From: Thelocarpon superellum
Lineage: Eukaryota
Assembly (NCBI GenBank): GCA_026025795.1
Contig: JAPEUG010000042.1
Location: 49,903 to 69,902, forward strand
Reading direction: 5' to 3'
DNA: 20,000 bases
Within the stretch, counting starts at the first letter, position 1. The number at the start of each line of letters is the position of its first letter. A model generated the notes under the pieces. It saw only the letters and a program-made list of their open reading frames with translations, did not search any database and was not told the origin of the DNA. This document shows positions 8,901 to 20,000 of this stretch, in pieces. The translations under genes were made by a program, and so were the position numbers.

Positions 8901-10370
8901 ATGATCATCCCGTGCCCTCATTGCGTTGCCCACGTCGCAAAGCGACAGATTGTTCTCGGGCCGCCTGTCTCATCGTCGCGGCCCTCCCCCACCCCCGAGT
9001 CGTCGTCGCGTTCGAGCTGAGCAGCTGGCGATACAAGCGACATGGTGTGTCCAGGACGGCATGATCGGTCGGGGAAAGCACAGGGGGCCGTCTGTCGCGT
9101 TGCCGAACAGGGCCAACTCAAGGGTGTGCGTGCGCATCGACGATACACGCCCACCCGCACATGCGCTCTCTTCAAGCCACCCCTACGTAGATCAACATGG
9201 ACATAAATTTAATGCAGTGCATCATGTTACGACACCTTTGGCGGCGAGTTTGGTCCATGTCTCAGGCAACTTCGTCATGCACAGGCGCACAAAAGAAAGC
9301 AGGAAAGCGAACGATTGTGCCAGGCCAATTCATAACGGAGCCGTTACGAGTACACTCCTTACCCCAACGCGGGTCACGAAGACAGGTCTTGCCAGATATG
9401 CTCTGATTGGCGGTCGCGCCGACCGCACAACTTGCAACGCAACCTGACCTCTTAATGTCGCAGTTATGCCGGACCTGTGCAGCGATCTGCCGGATCGCCG
9501 TGGTCCGCGTAGTGCTGACCCAACTATATGCTCGTGGCCCTACCATCCCGTACCTGTACTCTACGGAGGACTCGTCTCCTACGGTGGACGAGAGGCTGGC
9601 AGAGGGTACTCGTAAGCGAGCGTCGTCTACGATTTCGTGAATGGCCCGGGGCTCCCCCCGCCGCTTGATTGGTGGTCGCTGTGTGGCAGCGGCTAGCGGG
9701 AGACGAGTGGCCGACATCCCTGTCGGAAAACAACAATGCCGAATGGCGGGCGACGGTGCCCGCCAATTAGTGAGGCGGAGCATTGCGAGCAACCAAGTGG
9801 TCATGGCCAGAGAGGTCAGCCAACCACCACTAATCCACCTTCTACCAGCCCTGGGCTTCTCGTAACCATGGCCGGCTGCTAAAGATCCCCATTTTGATCA
9901 CTTTCCTGACTGCATTGTTTATACCCATCTATCCTCTATCCTCTACCCATCTATCCCCTTATCGCAATTCGTGTCGCTACATCGCCATCGCGACATTGCT
10001 TCCGCATAGTGGACGGCCACACCTGCTTGCGTCCCCTCGGCGACGTCGCGATCTGCTGGCCGATCGGTATATCCATCCCCGCAGCGAGCCACACATTCCA
10101 TCACTTCCACCGGTGAGTGCAATGCCTCTCACCGTGTCCGCGCATGCATCCTGACGTCAACAAGAGCCATTGCGACCGCAACGACGTCCATCCTTCCATC
10201 CACTTACTATCCTGCCCACGACCGTGGCGACCGCAATGCACAGCGCGCATGATTAGCCACCGCCCTAGACATACTTACCTACATCCGCGGCCGTTAACAA
10301 CGGCCCCGCGTCTCCACGTCCATCGCCCCCGTATCCCCCACCTGTCGATACCCCCCTCATAGAAGAGACC

Positions 10371-10511
10371 ATGGTTAGCTACAACGTGACGATCGCAATC
10401 ATCATCGTCGTGCTGTTCGTCGTGATTGGTCTGGTCGGCTACGGCATCTTCTTCCTCAACCAGCGGGTGCGATTGGCGCGAGCGAGGGTATTAGAGATAT
10501 CCGACGACTGA
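10371..10511 (+). CDS. Small single-pass membrane protein, 46 aa (MVSYNVTIAIIIVVLFVVIGLVGYGIFFLNQRVRLARARVLEISDD)
   Basis: Strong Kozak context (ACCATGG), a ~24-residue hydrophobic helix followed by an Arg cluster (positive-inside rule), C/G-ending codons, a TGATGA double stop and a pyrimidine-rich upstream leader with intron-like signals. Confidence 0.7.
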   Translation: MVSYNVTIAIIIVVLFVVIGLVGYGIFFLNQRVRLARARVLEISDD

Positions 10512-11110
10512 TGAGTGGAAAGGCCCCCGCGGGCGTCAGGGTGGATGAGGGACATACGAGGAAGCCAGAAGGAGGGAAAACGGAGGGAAGCGAGGCGGTT
10601 GGCGGGGCTCTGGAGTCTCGTCAGACGCACCTATCTTGGCATTACGACTGGTGGAGATCTGCATAGATTTGGGCTGGAACTTGGGTGCTCGTTGTGCTGG
10701 ATATGTCTCGAAGCGACGTTGTGATCTTGGTGCCGTCGTGGGCAAGTCCACGGAGTGTAAATACCGCTTCAACCAGATATTGGAGTAGCTATTGTGTACG
10801 TAGCATTGTATGAAGACATTAGCCACGGGGATGATGCATGATTGATAAATGAAGAGCAAGTCTATCGAGGAGCGTACGACAACGCCAAGGTCCGTGTGCG
10901 CTATGACACTAGCAAGCAATCGACGAGAGATGTGCGTGCAACCCGGCCAAGGGAGCGACCAAAGAAAAGTAGAGAGCTCCCTCCCGCTCATATGCGCACG
11001 CGGATATCTGGCAGACAAGAAATGTCAAAAACACACGCAGTCTATAGTGGTGAACTCCAATCCATGACGGCCGACACATCTAAACCCCTTGGTGCGCTCC
11101 GCCAACTGTC

Positions 11111-12835
11111 TCAGGTCCAGAGATAAGACACCGACCTCGACCCCGATCCGGCCCCGGCTGAACCGGACTTGCCCGCTTCCAACCGGCTGGGCGTGGCCTC
11201 GTGCGGCCGAGGGGCCGAGGCCTCGCGTGGTGCTTCGCGTGGGACGGACCGACGGGCTTCCGACGGCTCGGAAGGTCGTCGCGGCTCGACCGGATCATCC
11301 GTCTCCATGGTGTCGTCGTCGTCATCGCCACCCTCAAAGTCGCGAGGATGAGACGTGGGGTCCTCTGCAGACCGACCGCCTGATCGACCAAGGTTGTATA
11401 AAAATTCCTTGGACGCCTCTGTTGGGCCAAGTGACCGCTGCCCCGCCAGACCAGCGCTCGGCCGACTCTCGTGTACGACGGCCTTCCATTTGGCCAGGAG
11501 TCGGTCGTAGTCCCAGGTAGTGAGCGCCGCGCTGGGACCACCTTTGATCTGTCGCAGCGTCTCCGAGGAGATGGGCAGGTTCGTGGGCGGGTGCAACAGG
11601 AATTCACGCGGCTGCTGTTGATGGTTCAATCGGTCCACTTGGGCCTTGAGATTCTCCACCTCCTGTCGGGCCAGCTCAAGCTGCGTTACCGTCTCCTTGC
11701 GCTGGCCTTGCTCGCGTGAGTAGGCGCGAAGGAGCTCTAAGCGCCACGCGTCTTGCTTCTGCTTCTCGGGCAGCTGCGACCAATGGTTGAAGGCATCCGC
11801 CAGATGCTGGAGCACCTTGCCCTCTTCCCGCTCGTTCGCTTGCGCCACGTCGGTCGGCGAGGTGCTCTCGGCTTGATCGAGTCCTTCGACGATGTCACGG
11901 AGCGACGTCGTTCGCGCCGGGCGCGTCTCGCCGCCGACGCGGTCAGACCGCCACTGCTCGTAAAATCGGCGGAAGTGGCGCGTCAGCGCCTCGAACTGCA
12001 TCTGCCCGGGTGCGTCGGTGGACCAGGAATCAAGCGCCGGGAAGGGCTCGGTGGAGAAAAGGGTGGGAGGGGGCGAGAGACACTGCAGCACGAGGCCAGG
12101 GAAGGTACAGGCAAAGGGATCAAAATCGAGTGGCGTGGAGGCACGCACGGCGCGGGTACTATGAACGCACGTTAGCATAGTCTGGCCGGGCGCGGGGACG
12201 AGCGTGCGCGACGAGGGAGGGAGGTCGCCCCACCTGGCCGCCTTGATGCTGCCCAAGACTTCTTGCAACGCCAGCTCTGCCGCATGGCCATGGTCGAGGG
12301 CCTCGCGCACCTTCAAGCGCTGGTCCAGACTGGTGCGCGAGGGATGGCCTCGCGACACCTCTCGTCGCCCGGATGGCCGCGAGCCCGTCTCGAGATCGCG
12401 AGCGGCGGCCCGGCCGGAGCGCCAGTCCGCCTCGCTGTAATGTGCGGGGCCTCGCCCGCCAAAGGACTCCAGCTGCAACACGCGCAGCGAGGGCGAGGTC
12501 ATCGAGGCCTCGGGTGAGGCGTGGGCGGAGATGGAGCTGGCCCCGCGTGAGGTGCGCGCCTGCCGGCGGGTGATGCCGCCCCGCGCCTTGCGGATGGCCT
12601 CGATGTCGTGCACGCCATCCGGAGGCTTGGGGTTCTTGTCCTTGATGTAGAGGTCAAGGTGACGACCCAGCGAGGACGACGTGAAGGCTTGGTTGCAGTA
12701 GGGACACTTCTTGTCCTTGGGCGCCGACGACCGGGCCACGCCCTGGTCGGCGCTGGAGCCCGGTGTGCTCGGCGTGGCTTCCGCCATCGGGCGAGAGGCG
12801 GGGCTAGGCGATTGCGGAGGGGGTGACAGCAGCAT
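11111..12835 (-). CDS. Conserved fungal hypothetical protein with an N-terminal CxxC...H motif and a coiled coil; in-frame 75-nt intron at 12233-12159; start at 12835 or 12787
   Basis: Motif KDKKCPYCNQAFTSSSLGRHLDLYIKDKNPKPPDGVHD...ITRRQ, recalled as conserved in Pezizomycotina. It also has FPGLVLQCLSPPPTLFS, WRLELLRAY, a heptad segment and WDYDRLLAKWK. The intron runs GTGGGG...GCTAAC...TAG. Confidence 0.85.
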   Translation of the reverse strand: MLLSPPPQSPSPASRPMAEATPSTPGSSADQGVARSSAPKDKKCPYCNQAFTSSSLGRHLDLYIKDKNPKPPDGVHDIEAIRKARGGITRRQARTSRGASSISAHASPEASMTSPSLRVLQLESFGGRGPAHYSEADWRSGRAAARDLETGSRPSGRREVSRGHPSRTSLDQRLKVREALDHGHAAELALQEVLGSIKAARWGDLPPSSRTLVPAPGQTMLTCVHSTRAVRASTPLDFDPFACTFPGLVLQCLSPPPTLFSTEPFPALDSWSTDAPGQMQFEALTRHFRRFYEQWRSDRVGGETRPARTTSLRDIVEGLDQAESTSPTDVAQANEREEGKVLQHLADAFNHWSQLPEKQKQDAWRLELLRAYSREQGQRKETVTQLELARQEVENLKAQVDRLNHQQQPREFLLHPPTNLPISSETLRQIKGGPSAALTTWDYDRLLAKWKAVVHESRPSAGLAGQRSLGPTEASKEFLYNLGRSGGRSAEDPTSHPRDFEGGDDDDDTMETDDPVEPRRPSEPSEARRSVPREAPREASAPRPHEATPSRLEAGKSGSAGAGSGSRSVSYLWT

Positions 12836-12945
12836 GGACTTCACGAGAGCGAGACGACGAGATAGAACCACCCGATTGGGAGGAGCAGAGATGCGAGGAC
12901 ACGCGCGCGCTGAGAAGGAGGGAAAGACGAGGCAAGCCGCGTGGT

Positions 12946-13009
<64 letters not shown>
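12946..13009 (+). repeat. Poly-G homopolymer (64 nt)
   Basis: Seen directly. It is poly-C on the sense strand just upstream of the minus-strand gene. Confidence 0.95.
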
Positions 13010-13010
<1 letters not shown>

Positions 13011-14489
13011 GAGGAGGAGGACGTTGGGCAGGTGGAGTGAGAGGCGAGAGGCAGCGCAGGCGGACTTAGGTCGAAAGGTGATCAAGGAGGACGCACAAAG
13101 GATGGAAGCTGAAGGGAGGGATCAAGGCAGGATGGGATGACGAGTGAGAAGAGGCAGCGTCCTTCATACTCCAAGTCGGACGCGATACTTGGGCCAGGTG
13201 CCGCTCGGGGTCAAGCGACCCTTGTATTTGTGCGCCGCAGGGTCGGGAGTACGTGGACGGCGTGATCTACACGGTGCGCTTCTCCGGGCTTGAATGGGTC
13301 GCCTCGTTCAGACCGGGGGGTGTGTGGTGTTTGGTGGGCCGCGTGCAGAGCGCCATGTGCTGCATCAGCCGGCGTGTAGGGCAGCGCAGGACGAACTTTG
13401 GCTTCGACGAAACTCGAGTCCCGAGACAGGCATTGCACGGACGGCGCTGGTGGAGTCCTGTCCAAGCGAGCTCAAGTTCACGCCTCAGCTTTCACTCATC
13501 CGGCATATGCAGGTTCGAGAAGGTGTCAGAGGGGCTTCTAGCTCCTCGAAGGAACGGATTGTCGTCCGCGATGGTCGGGCAGGGGAAGGAGCGGACGGGA
13601 AGGGTGGGAGCGAGGGTGGACGGGAGACCAGTCAGGGAAGGGATGTGACGAAGCGAGAGGACGTGTCGGCCATGGCGGCGATGAGCCCGATGGCCGTCGG
13701 CCATCAACCGCGTGCCGACCTACTGCTCTAGTAGGTCGGCCACTGGTCGTTGACGGGCGGCCCTGGTCCTTGGGCGTTCTGCGACGTGCGCTAGACATAC
13801 CGGTACACGCTGGCCGTAGAAGCTCTTCAGACATTCTAGTCGGAAGAGGCGATTCTAGTGGCAGCTCGACGTGGATCGCCTGCGGCTTACCTTTCCCATC
13901 CTAGGGCGAGTGTCACTGGAGCGCCCCCGCGAGGGGGCCGGGGGCGCTCCAGGGTCCTCCGGGACACGACGATCACACTGCCGAGCGAAAGGTGCGGCCA
14001 CCCACCCGGCCCCCACCCCAACCCCCGTCGTCAATAATATCACCGCGACTAGTTCCGCTAGTCACGAAATCTGCCGGTCGCCTGTGGATTTTAGGATGCG
14101 TGACCGGGGCCTCGTAACGCGCTGGGCGGTATCAGAAATGTTCACCATCGTCCGCACTGTGAGGAACGTTGCATGAAGCGACTTCATGCGGAGAAGCAGA
14201 TTATGCTTAACCTCGAGCCTCATGCATATCCGACCGTTGCATCGACTGCGACGACTGCTACTTGGACGAAGATGCCGTCTCGGCGACGACTGCCGAAGAA
14301 TTGCTCTCCCCACCCCAACCTCACCCATGACGCGTCGATCCACCACCACTCTGGTCGTGCGCCGTCGCTCTTGGGCTCGCACGCAAAGCTATACATGGGG
14401 ATCACCGTCTCAGCGTGCCACAATCCCCCGATCGGCCAGCATGAATACCTCTGCACGACGGCCACCTCCTCGGCGCTCTGACTGATCGA

Positions 14490-16010
14490 CTCGTCGCCTT
14501 CTTCCGCTGTACCTGATGCAGGGCCTGGCCGCCGAGATCTTGCATGGCTGGCGCTTCTTCTCGAAGACGTCCACCTACGATCTGCACCCGGAGCGGCACG
14601 CCGTCCTGAACGTCTGCGTCATATGGGAAGCATAGAGTTAGGCGGCACATGCGGCCGCATCATCCAGTCGCCTGAATGAACTTATCATCTTCCCAGACGA
14701 CGCAATCCATAGCGCTGATGGGAGGGCACGTCCGATCTGCAGCATCTGCACCCAAATCCACAGGCCCGACCGGATCACTGGAACGGCGGTCCCAGTATTG
14801 CCATGCACGCATTAATCGGCATGAGCCAGCATGATCCAACATGGGTAAGCATGGTGAAGCTTCGCTCTCTTATCTCACCAACATTGCTCTGCTTGTTTGG
14901 GCGCGGGGCCCAAAGGGTGAAATCAGTGGGTACAGCAGGCGCAACAAAGGCATCGCCTGGTCCGCTCGTGCCGCTTGATTGATCCATGCTGTTCCAGGAA
15001 TCGAGATTCACCCCTCTGGAGTGCGCGTTTCGCCATATTTGTGCGGCGATGTCGCCTGGACCTGACCTGTCCATAGTGAAACGGACGCACGCATGGACTC
15101 CATGGCTTGCTTGGCGGTGGGCTCGCTCAACGCTGCTGGGGCATTACGTCCATTGTATCCAATTCTCTCATGATATCTCCACCTGCAGGACATGTTTCGC
15201 TTAGGACCGGTGCCTTTTGCGTGAACGTGGACGTGACTTGCGGCAATTTGGATGAGATGCCTATGCAACAAGGGTTGGCAGTCACCGAACCATAGTTCCC
15301 GGCGATATCGGCTTCGTGATACATCTCCACCTCAATATGGAAGGACGAGCTCTATGCCCCGGCCAGTGAATCCTTCCTCGGTCTCGCCCTCGTCCGTGAA
15401 TGTCCCCTTGTCCCCCGTGGCCGTGGCAGAGGAATGGCTAGTGTCGGCATCTCCTGTGGTGAGGCAAGACCAAGATGCCGAGGGCCGGTCCGCTAACCCC
15501 CCGAGACTGTACCGGCTCCTGCATCTGCCGCTCCGTCTTATGCCACCACCGTGCCGTCACGACAAGCCTAGAACTAGGGCAACCTCAAGTCAGGGTGGTT
15601 AGCTAAGGATGTCTCTAGCAACATTGGACCACGGCCGCAGAGGTAGCGGGGCCTGAGCACATACCTCCAGACGGATGCCATCCGACCAACAGGCGCCGAC
15701 CGTAGAGCGGATTGAAGGCGTCAGTTCGAAAGCTGCCGCCAAGGTCCGAGCGAAGACTAACCGGAGTGCGACCAGGTATGAGACTCCTCGCCAAATTTGC
15801 CGACCGGCACTTTGAACACCGGTTGGCAGGATTCCGCGCGCAGTCCAAGATTTGATTTCGAGAGAGTATACAGACACGCACTATAGGATGATGTTAACGC
15901 ACATAGTCTTGTATCAGAGAGCGTGACTCACGCCCTGAAAGCCGTCTTCTCCTCGGACCACTTGCGACTAATGCCGGTCTGTTTTGAGCAGGTCGTAGTT
16001 ACACCGACGC
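14490..16010 (-). pseudogene. Possible decayed Zn(II)2Cys6 transcription-factor gene
   Basis: A canonical 51-nt intron (15931-15881: GTGAGT...TTAAC...TAG) is flanked by a basic stretch and by fragments (R)AACLY and DCARNPANRCSKCRSANL in different frames. Downstream are broken low-complexity ORFs (15127-15330, 14775-15074). Confidence 0.3.
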
Positions 16011-16663
16011 AACGCGTCATTGTCTCTAGTCCCGGACATGGAATCGATCCTTCAAAACTGACCAAAAGCCAGTAGTGGGCCTACAGTAGGGCGACTATGT
16101 TTCTGTCTGGCTCACGAGTCCGATCATCCAGTTGCTGCGCCAGGCTTAGTCGAGAAAGACTTCGTGCACCCGATTACTTCGCGAGAAATATCAGCCCGCA
16201 TATCCTCATGCAGGCTCATATAGGCATATTTGCGGTCTTATATGAGAGCAACAGCGCGCACGTATCGGATCTTGAGCCCAGACGTCGCGGTGGAAGAATA
16301 GCATCTGAGAGCGTTCGTGCTATCCATCGCCCGGCCATGGACATGTGGACGGCATCTCGATCTAAAATCCCCTGAACTTACGCCACTGTCGGCTCTTCCC
16401 CTGGGAAGTAGACAACGCAAGACGTATGAAGTCCTGATCTCGGGAGAGACGGCGGAGCTCCATCCTTGCAGGCTGCTGTAAATGCCTCGACCCAATCTCC
16501 TTGGAATGATGCTGGGAGCGAGATCCAACGCACATCTTGAGGGGAACAGACCAGAGCCACGTCACTAGCTGGGGAGCTCACATTGGGTTAGCCAACTTCT
16601 CGCATTACTTCACACGTATGCTTCTGGTGGCCAGCATTCGGTACTGATCCTCATAGTACTTGA

Positions 16664-17873
16664 TCAGAGTGAATCTGAACAATCCAGATGCTGTCGTACA
16701 TTCAGGTTGATCCGTCGCCTCGACATCCAACCCCTCCACGCTTCATAGTCGTCCTCTGCACGACCTACTGCATCACCATGTGCGCGTGGCGTTGCGGGCC
16801 AGTCTTGCATCCAGGTGGGGCACGAGCCTGCAATCACTCGTGGAACGCCATGCCACGCATACCGAGCGGCACCAGTCATGTACACCACGTCTCCTGAGCG
16901 GAGGCGGAGGACCATGTAGGTCGGCCGGCCATCGGGCTGCTCGAGCCCAGCGACGAAGAGCGCGTCGCAGCCGAGACTGGCGCTGATGAGGCCCCGGTGG
17001 CACTGTTCACTCACGTCACGATGGAGACCCAAAGTATCGCCAGGGGAGTAGAGGTTCACGATGGCTGCTTGCGGGCTCATCTCCGGGAAGAGCCCTTGCA
17101 AAAGATGGACAAGGTCCGGGGGAAAGGGCGGAGGGGTCTCGTCGGGGTAGACCTTTTGCGTCCAATCATATTGATACCCGAGCGTCATCCAGCGGAGTTT
17201 CTTGGCCAGAAACGCCGCGGCCGACAAGGACTGCGGGCCAGACGGAGGTTTGCGCTGGCAGATGTCTGGCGTAGTGGGGTCTTGCGTAAAGAAGGATGGT
17301 CTGGCAATCGTGGGCTTTGTGGCCGACATTCCCTGCTCCCGATAGATGGGATTGACTTCTTCGGCATAGTGAGCTGCGTTGTGAGGGTAACGGATATCGT
17401 AGTGCAGATGGACATTGGTCTTGTGCTGTGGATTGGAGAGGTCTCGATGTAAGAGTCGCGACAACAGCGCCAATTGGGCGGTAGGAGGCAGGAGCGATGG
17501 GTAGATGTAAAGACCTATAGCGGAGCGAATCAGCCGGAATACGCTTGATGAGAGCTGGAACAAACGCCGGTCAAAGCTGACCCGGGATAGTGCTCGACCT
17601 GTATCTAGGCCGATCCTTTAGATCTTGAATGATCGTAGAGGTCTCGTCAATCACGGTGCCACACGATGACACGATGACCTCGGCGCTTACATCACCATCA
17701 TGATGAATCGTCGCCCAGTGTTCGTCTGTGATGCCTCTGACAAAGTCGACGATATCTGGCTCGCGATCGACGCTCTCGGGTTCGATCTTCTGGTAGTACT
17801 TATACACATCGCGCAGGACTGAGGGCGGGGCGGCATGCGCATTCCTCTGCCCAGCGCCGGTTGGTTCAGCCAT
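16664..17873 (-). CDS. AlkB-family 2OG-Fe(II) dioxygenase, ALKBH1/abh1-like (exons 17873-17582, 17514-16664; ~380 aa)
   Basis: Motifs KLRWMTLGYQYDW, PQAAIVNLYSPGDTLGLHRDVSE (HxD), LRSGDVVYMTG, WHGVPRV (distal His) and RINLNVRQ (RxxxxxR). The intron 17581-17515 runs GTCAGC...CTGAT...TAG and restores IPGLYIYP. Confidence 0.93.
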
Positions 17874-18069
17874 TGGCGAGCACCCGAAGGGTCATTCTAG
17901 GTGCTCTCCGCCGCTGGGAGATCCACCGATTATACACCGTGGACTTACGCACATGGGACGTCTTCAATCGGTCCGTAACATCCTCGATCACTTTCTCGCT
18001 CTCATACACGGCGTGTCGTTCCATGCGAGTTCAGGTGGCGCTAGCCCACTCATTCACGGCCGTCTCGGT

Positions 18070-18104
18070 TCGCGTCCCCGCCAATCAACGCGACCGTGTC
18101 GCGG
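18070..18104. promoter_or_regulatory. Cluster of CGCG-core (MCB-like) elements and a CCAAT box in the divergent AlkB/CDK1 promoter
   Basis: TCGCGT 18070-18075, CCAAT 18081-18085, ACGCGA 18088-18093, TCGCGG 18099-18104. Motif match only, in GC-rich DNA. Confidence 0.35.
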
Positions 18105-18471
18105 GTGTTTCTGGATTTCTTACTCATCCCAATCATCCATGCAGTGTGTTTACCGACACCACGTTTGCCGCCATTCACGACAGCAACGAGAGAGACATGA
18201 CCGGCACTTTCACCACCATCCACGAGCCATTCGTTGCGTGTCAAGAGCAGAGACCACTTTCAATGACGAAGCCGTCCGCGTGAAGCTGTGGACTCTGCTC
18301 TGCCAGGCCGCCTTCGCACTGACTCTCGTTGCGAAGCTCAGATCCCCCACCTTGACCTGACTGCGGGGTACCTGTGCTCACAACACCAATTGCGAGATCA
18401 TTGCAGCCTGGTTACGGCACCATCTGCATCAGTCTCTCAGCACTTCAAGGGCTGATCGTGCAAGCTACAAA

Positions 18472-19663
18472 ATGGAAAACTATCAGAAGATCGAGAAGAT
18501 CGGCGAAGGTCCACCCACTTCCATCTCATGCCACAAAGTGGCGGGCTCTACAGAGACTGACCGTGACGATACATGAGTACAGGCACGTACGGGGTGGTCT
18601 ACAAGGCCCGCGACCTGACGCATCCGACTCGGATCGTTGCGCTGAAGAAGATCCGCCTCGAGGCCGAGGACGAAGGCGTTCCGAGCACAGCGATCCGCGA
18701 AATCTCGCTGCTGAAGGAGATGAACGACCCGAACATCGTGCGCTTGCTCAACATCGTCCACGCCGACGGACACAAACTCTACCTCGTCTTCGAGTTCCTA
18801 GACCTCGACCTGAAGAAGTATATGGAGGCGCTACCCGTGAGCGAGGGCGGCCGCGGCAAGGCGCTCCCGGACGGCTCGGGCGTTGAGCTGGGCCGGCTCG
18901 GGTTGGGCGATGACATGGTGAAGAAGTTCATGAGCCAGCTGGTCGAAGGTGTGCTGTACTGTCACAGCCATCGCGTCTTACACCGCGACTTGAAGCCGCA
19001 GAATCTCCTGATCGATAGGGAAGGCAATCTGAAGCTGGCCGACTTCGGGTTGGCGCGCGCATTCGGAGTCCCCTTGCGCACTTACACCCACGAGGTCGGT
19101 GCCACGTGCCCTCCCCTCCTCCTTGACCTCGCTCTGACAGCATGGCCCTGCAGGTGGTGACGCTGTGGTACCGCGCGCCCGAGATTCTCCTGGGCGGGCG
19201 ACAATATTCGACGGGGGTGGACATGTGGTCGGTCGGGTGCATCTTCGCCGAGATGTGCACTCGCAAACCTCTCTTCCCTGGCGACTCGGAGATTGACGAG
19301 ATCTTCAAGATCTTCCGGTGAGTGAGGCGGCTGGGACGGGGATGACAGAGTGCGTGACTGACGTGTTCGGGCAGCCTTCTGGGAACGCCGGACGAGCTCA
19401 TCTGGCCGGGCGTGACCAGCCTCCCCGACTTCAAGACGTCATTCCCAAAGTGGTCTCGCAATCACAGCGAAATACTGGTGTCCGGGCTCGAGGGGCACGG
19501 GCTCGACCTTCTCGATGCCTTACTCTACTACGACCCGGCGAAGCGCATCTCGGCGAAACAGGCTTGCCAACACCCATACTTCGAGAACGGGGCGAGCGCG
19601 TGGTCGGGTCGCGGACCCAAGAGCCAGACTGGGTCCCAGTCATCTCAACCTCCGAAGTACTAG
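18472..19663 (+). CDS. CDC28: Cyclin-dependent kinase 1 (Cdc28/Cdc2/NimX); exons 18472-18508, 18583-19094, 19154-19317, 19375-19663; ~333 aa
   Basis: Motifs [75 protein letters not shown] and [13 protein letters not shown]. Three GT-AG introns with CTGAC branch points give an open 1002-nt CDS. Confidence 0.98.
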
Positions 19664-20000
19664 TCGCCCTTCGGTTCCAATCCATGAGGCTAAAGGCCAT
19701 TGGCGTGGTGGTGGGTGGGAGTGGTTTGACGACGGCGGTAGACATCGATGAGTGGAGCGAATCCTAGGGTTCAAACGGTTCAAACGGGCATCTAGGCGGG
19801 CAGGACGAATCGCTTTTCGGGCCCGATCTCCATTGATGTGAGATCGACGCCTTGAGAGCTACCTATGTCTCCGTCGTGCATCTTCGTGCGTGATCGGGCT
19901 CATCTGCAAGCTCATCTGGAAACATCGGGTGGTCATGGGCGTAATACTAGTCGTAGATGGTCGGAGTCAATCACTTGGCATTCATTCTTCATGACTGACC

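Noticed and set aside
8926..9865. Several 70-180 aa ORFs on both strands
   Set aside because: They have Arg/Ser/Pro-rich composition typical of chance ORFs in GC-rich non-coding DNA, and no motifs.
10508..10530. CTGATGAG...GAAA resembling a hammerhead ribozyme core
   Set aside because: There are only 3 nt between CTGATGA and GAAA, so no stem II can form. It is explained by the microprotein's TGATGA double stop.
12711..13140. ORFs encoding poly-Gly or poly-Pro
   Set aside because: They are by-products of the G64 homopolymer and show no other coding signal.
13211..14485. Cluster of short ORFs upstream of the 11111-12835 gene
   Set aside because: No consistent frame, codon bias or domain could be seen, so this is treated as intergenic/regulatory DNA.

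Overview
Eukaryotic, GC-rich DNA from a filamentous ascomycete (Pezizomycotina-type genes with short GT-AG introns and CTRAC branch points). Conserved genes sit at both ends. On the left is riboflavin kinase FMN1 (minus, 2 exons). On the right are a conserved fungal Cys/His-motif protein (minus), an AlkB/ALKBH1-type 2OG-Fe(II) dioxygenase (minus, 2 exons) and, head-to-head with it, the PSTAIRE cyclin-dependent kinase CDK1/CDC28/nimX (plus, 4 exons). Between them is an accessory-looking stretch. It holds a 5'-truncated, twice-frameshifted AIF/AMID-like oxidoreductase pseudogene, then an intronless orphan secreted protein (371 aa) bracketed by a diverged pair of ~100-bp inverted repeats that each keep a CACGTG hairpin. 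Next comes an intronless 676-aa secreted protein with a hydrophobic helical hairpin and a C-terminal beta/gamma-crystallin-like domain (toxin/effector-like). Further along are faint gene relics, a 46-aa single-pass membrane microprotein missed by the ORF track, and a 64-nt poly-G tract. No rRNA, tRNA, CRISPR array or transposase was recognised.
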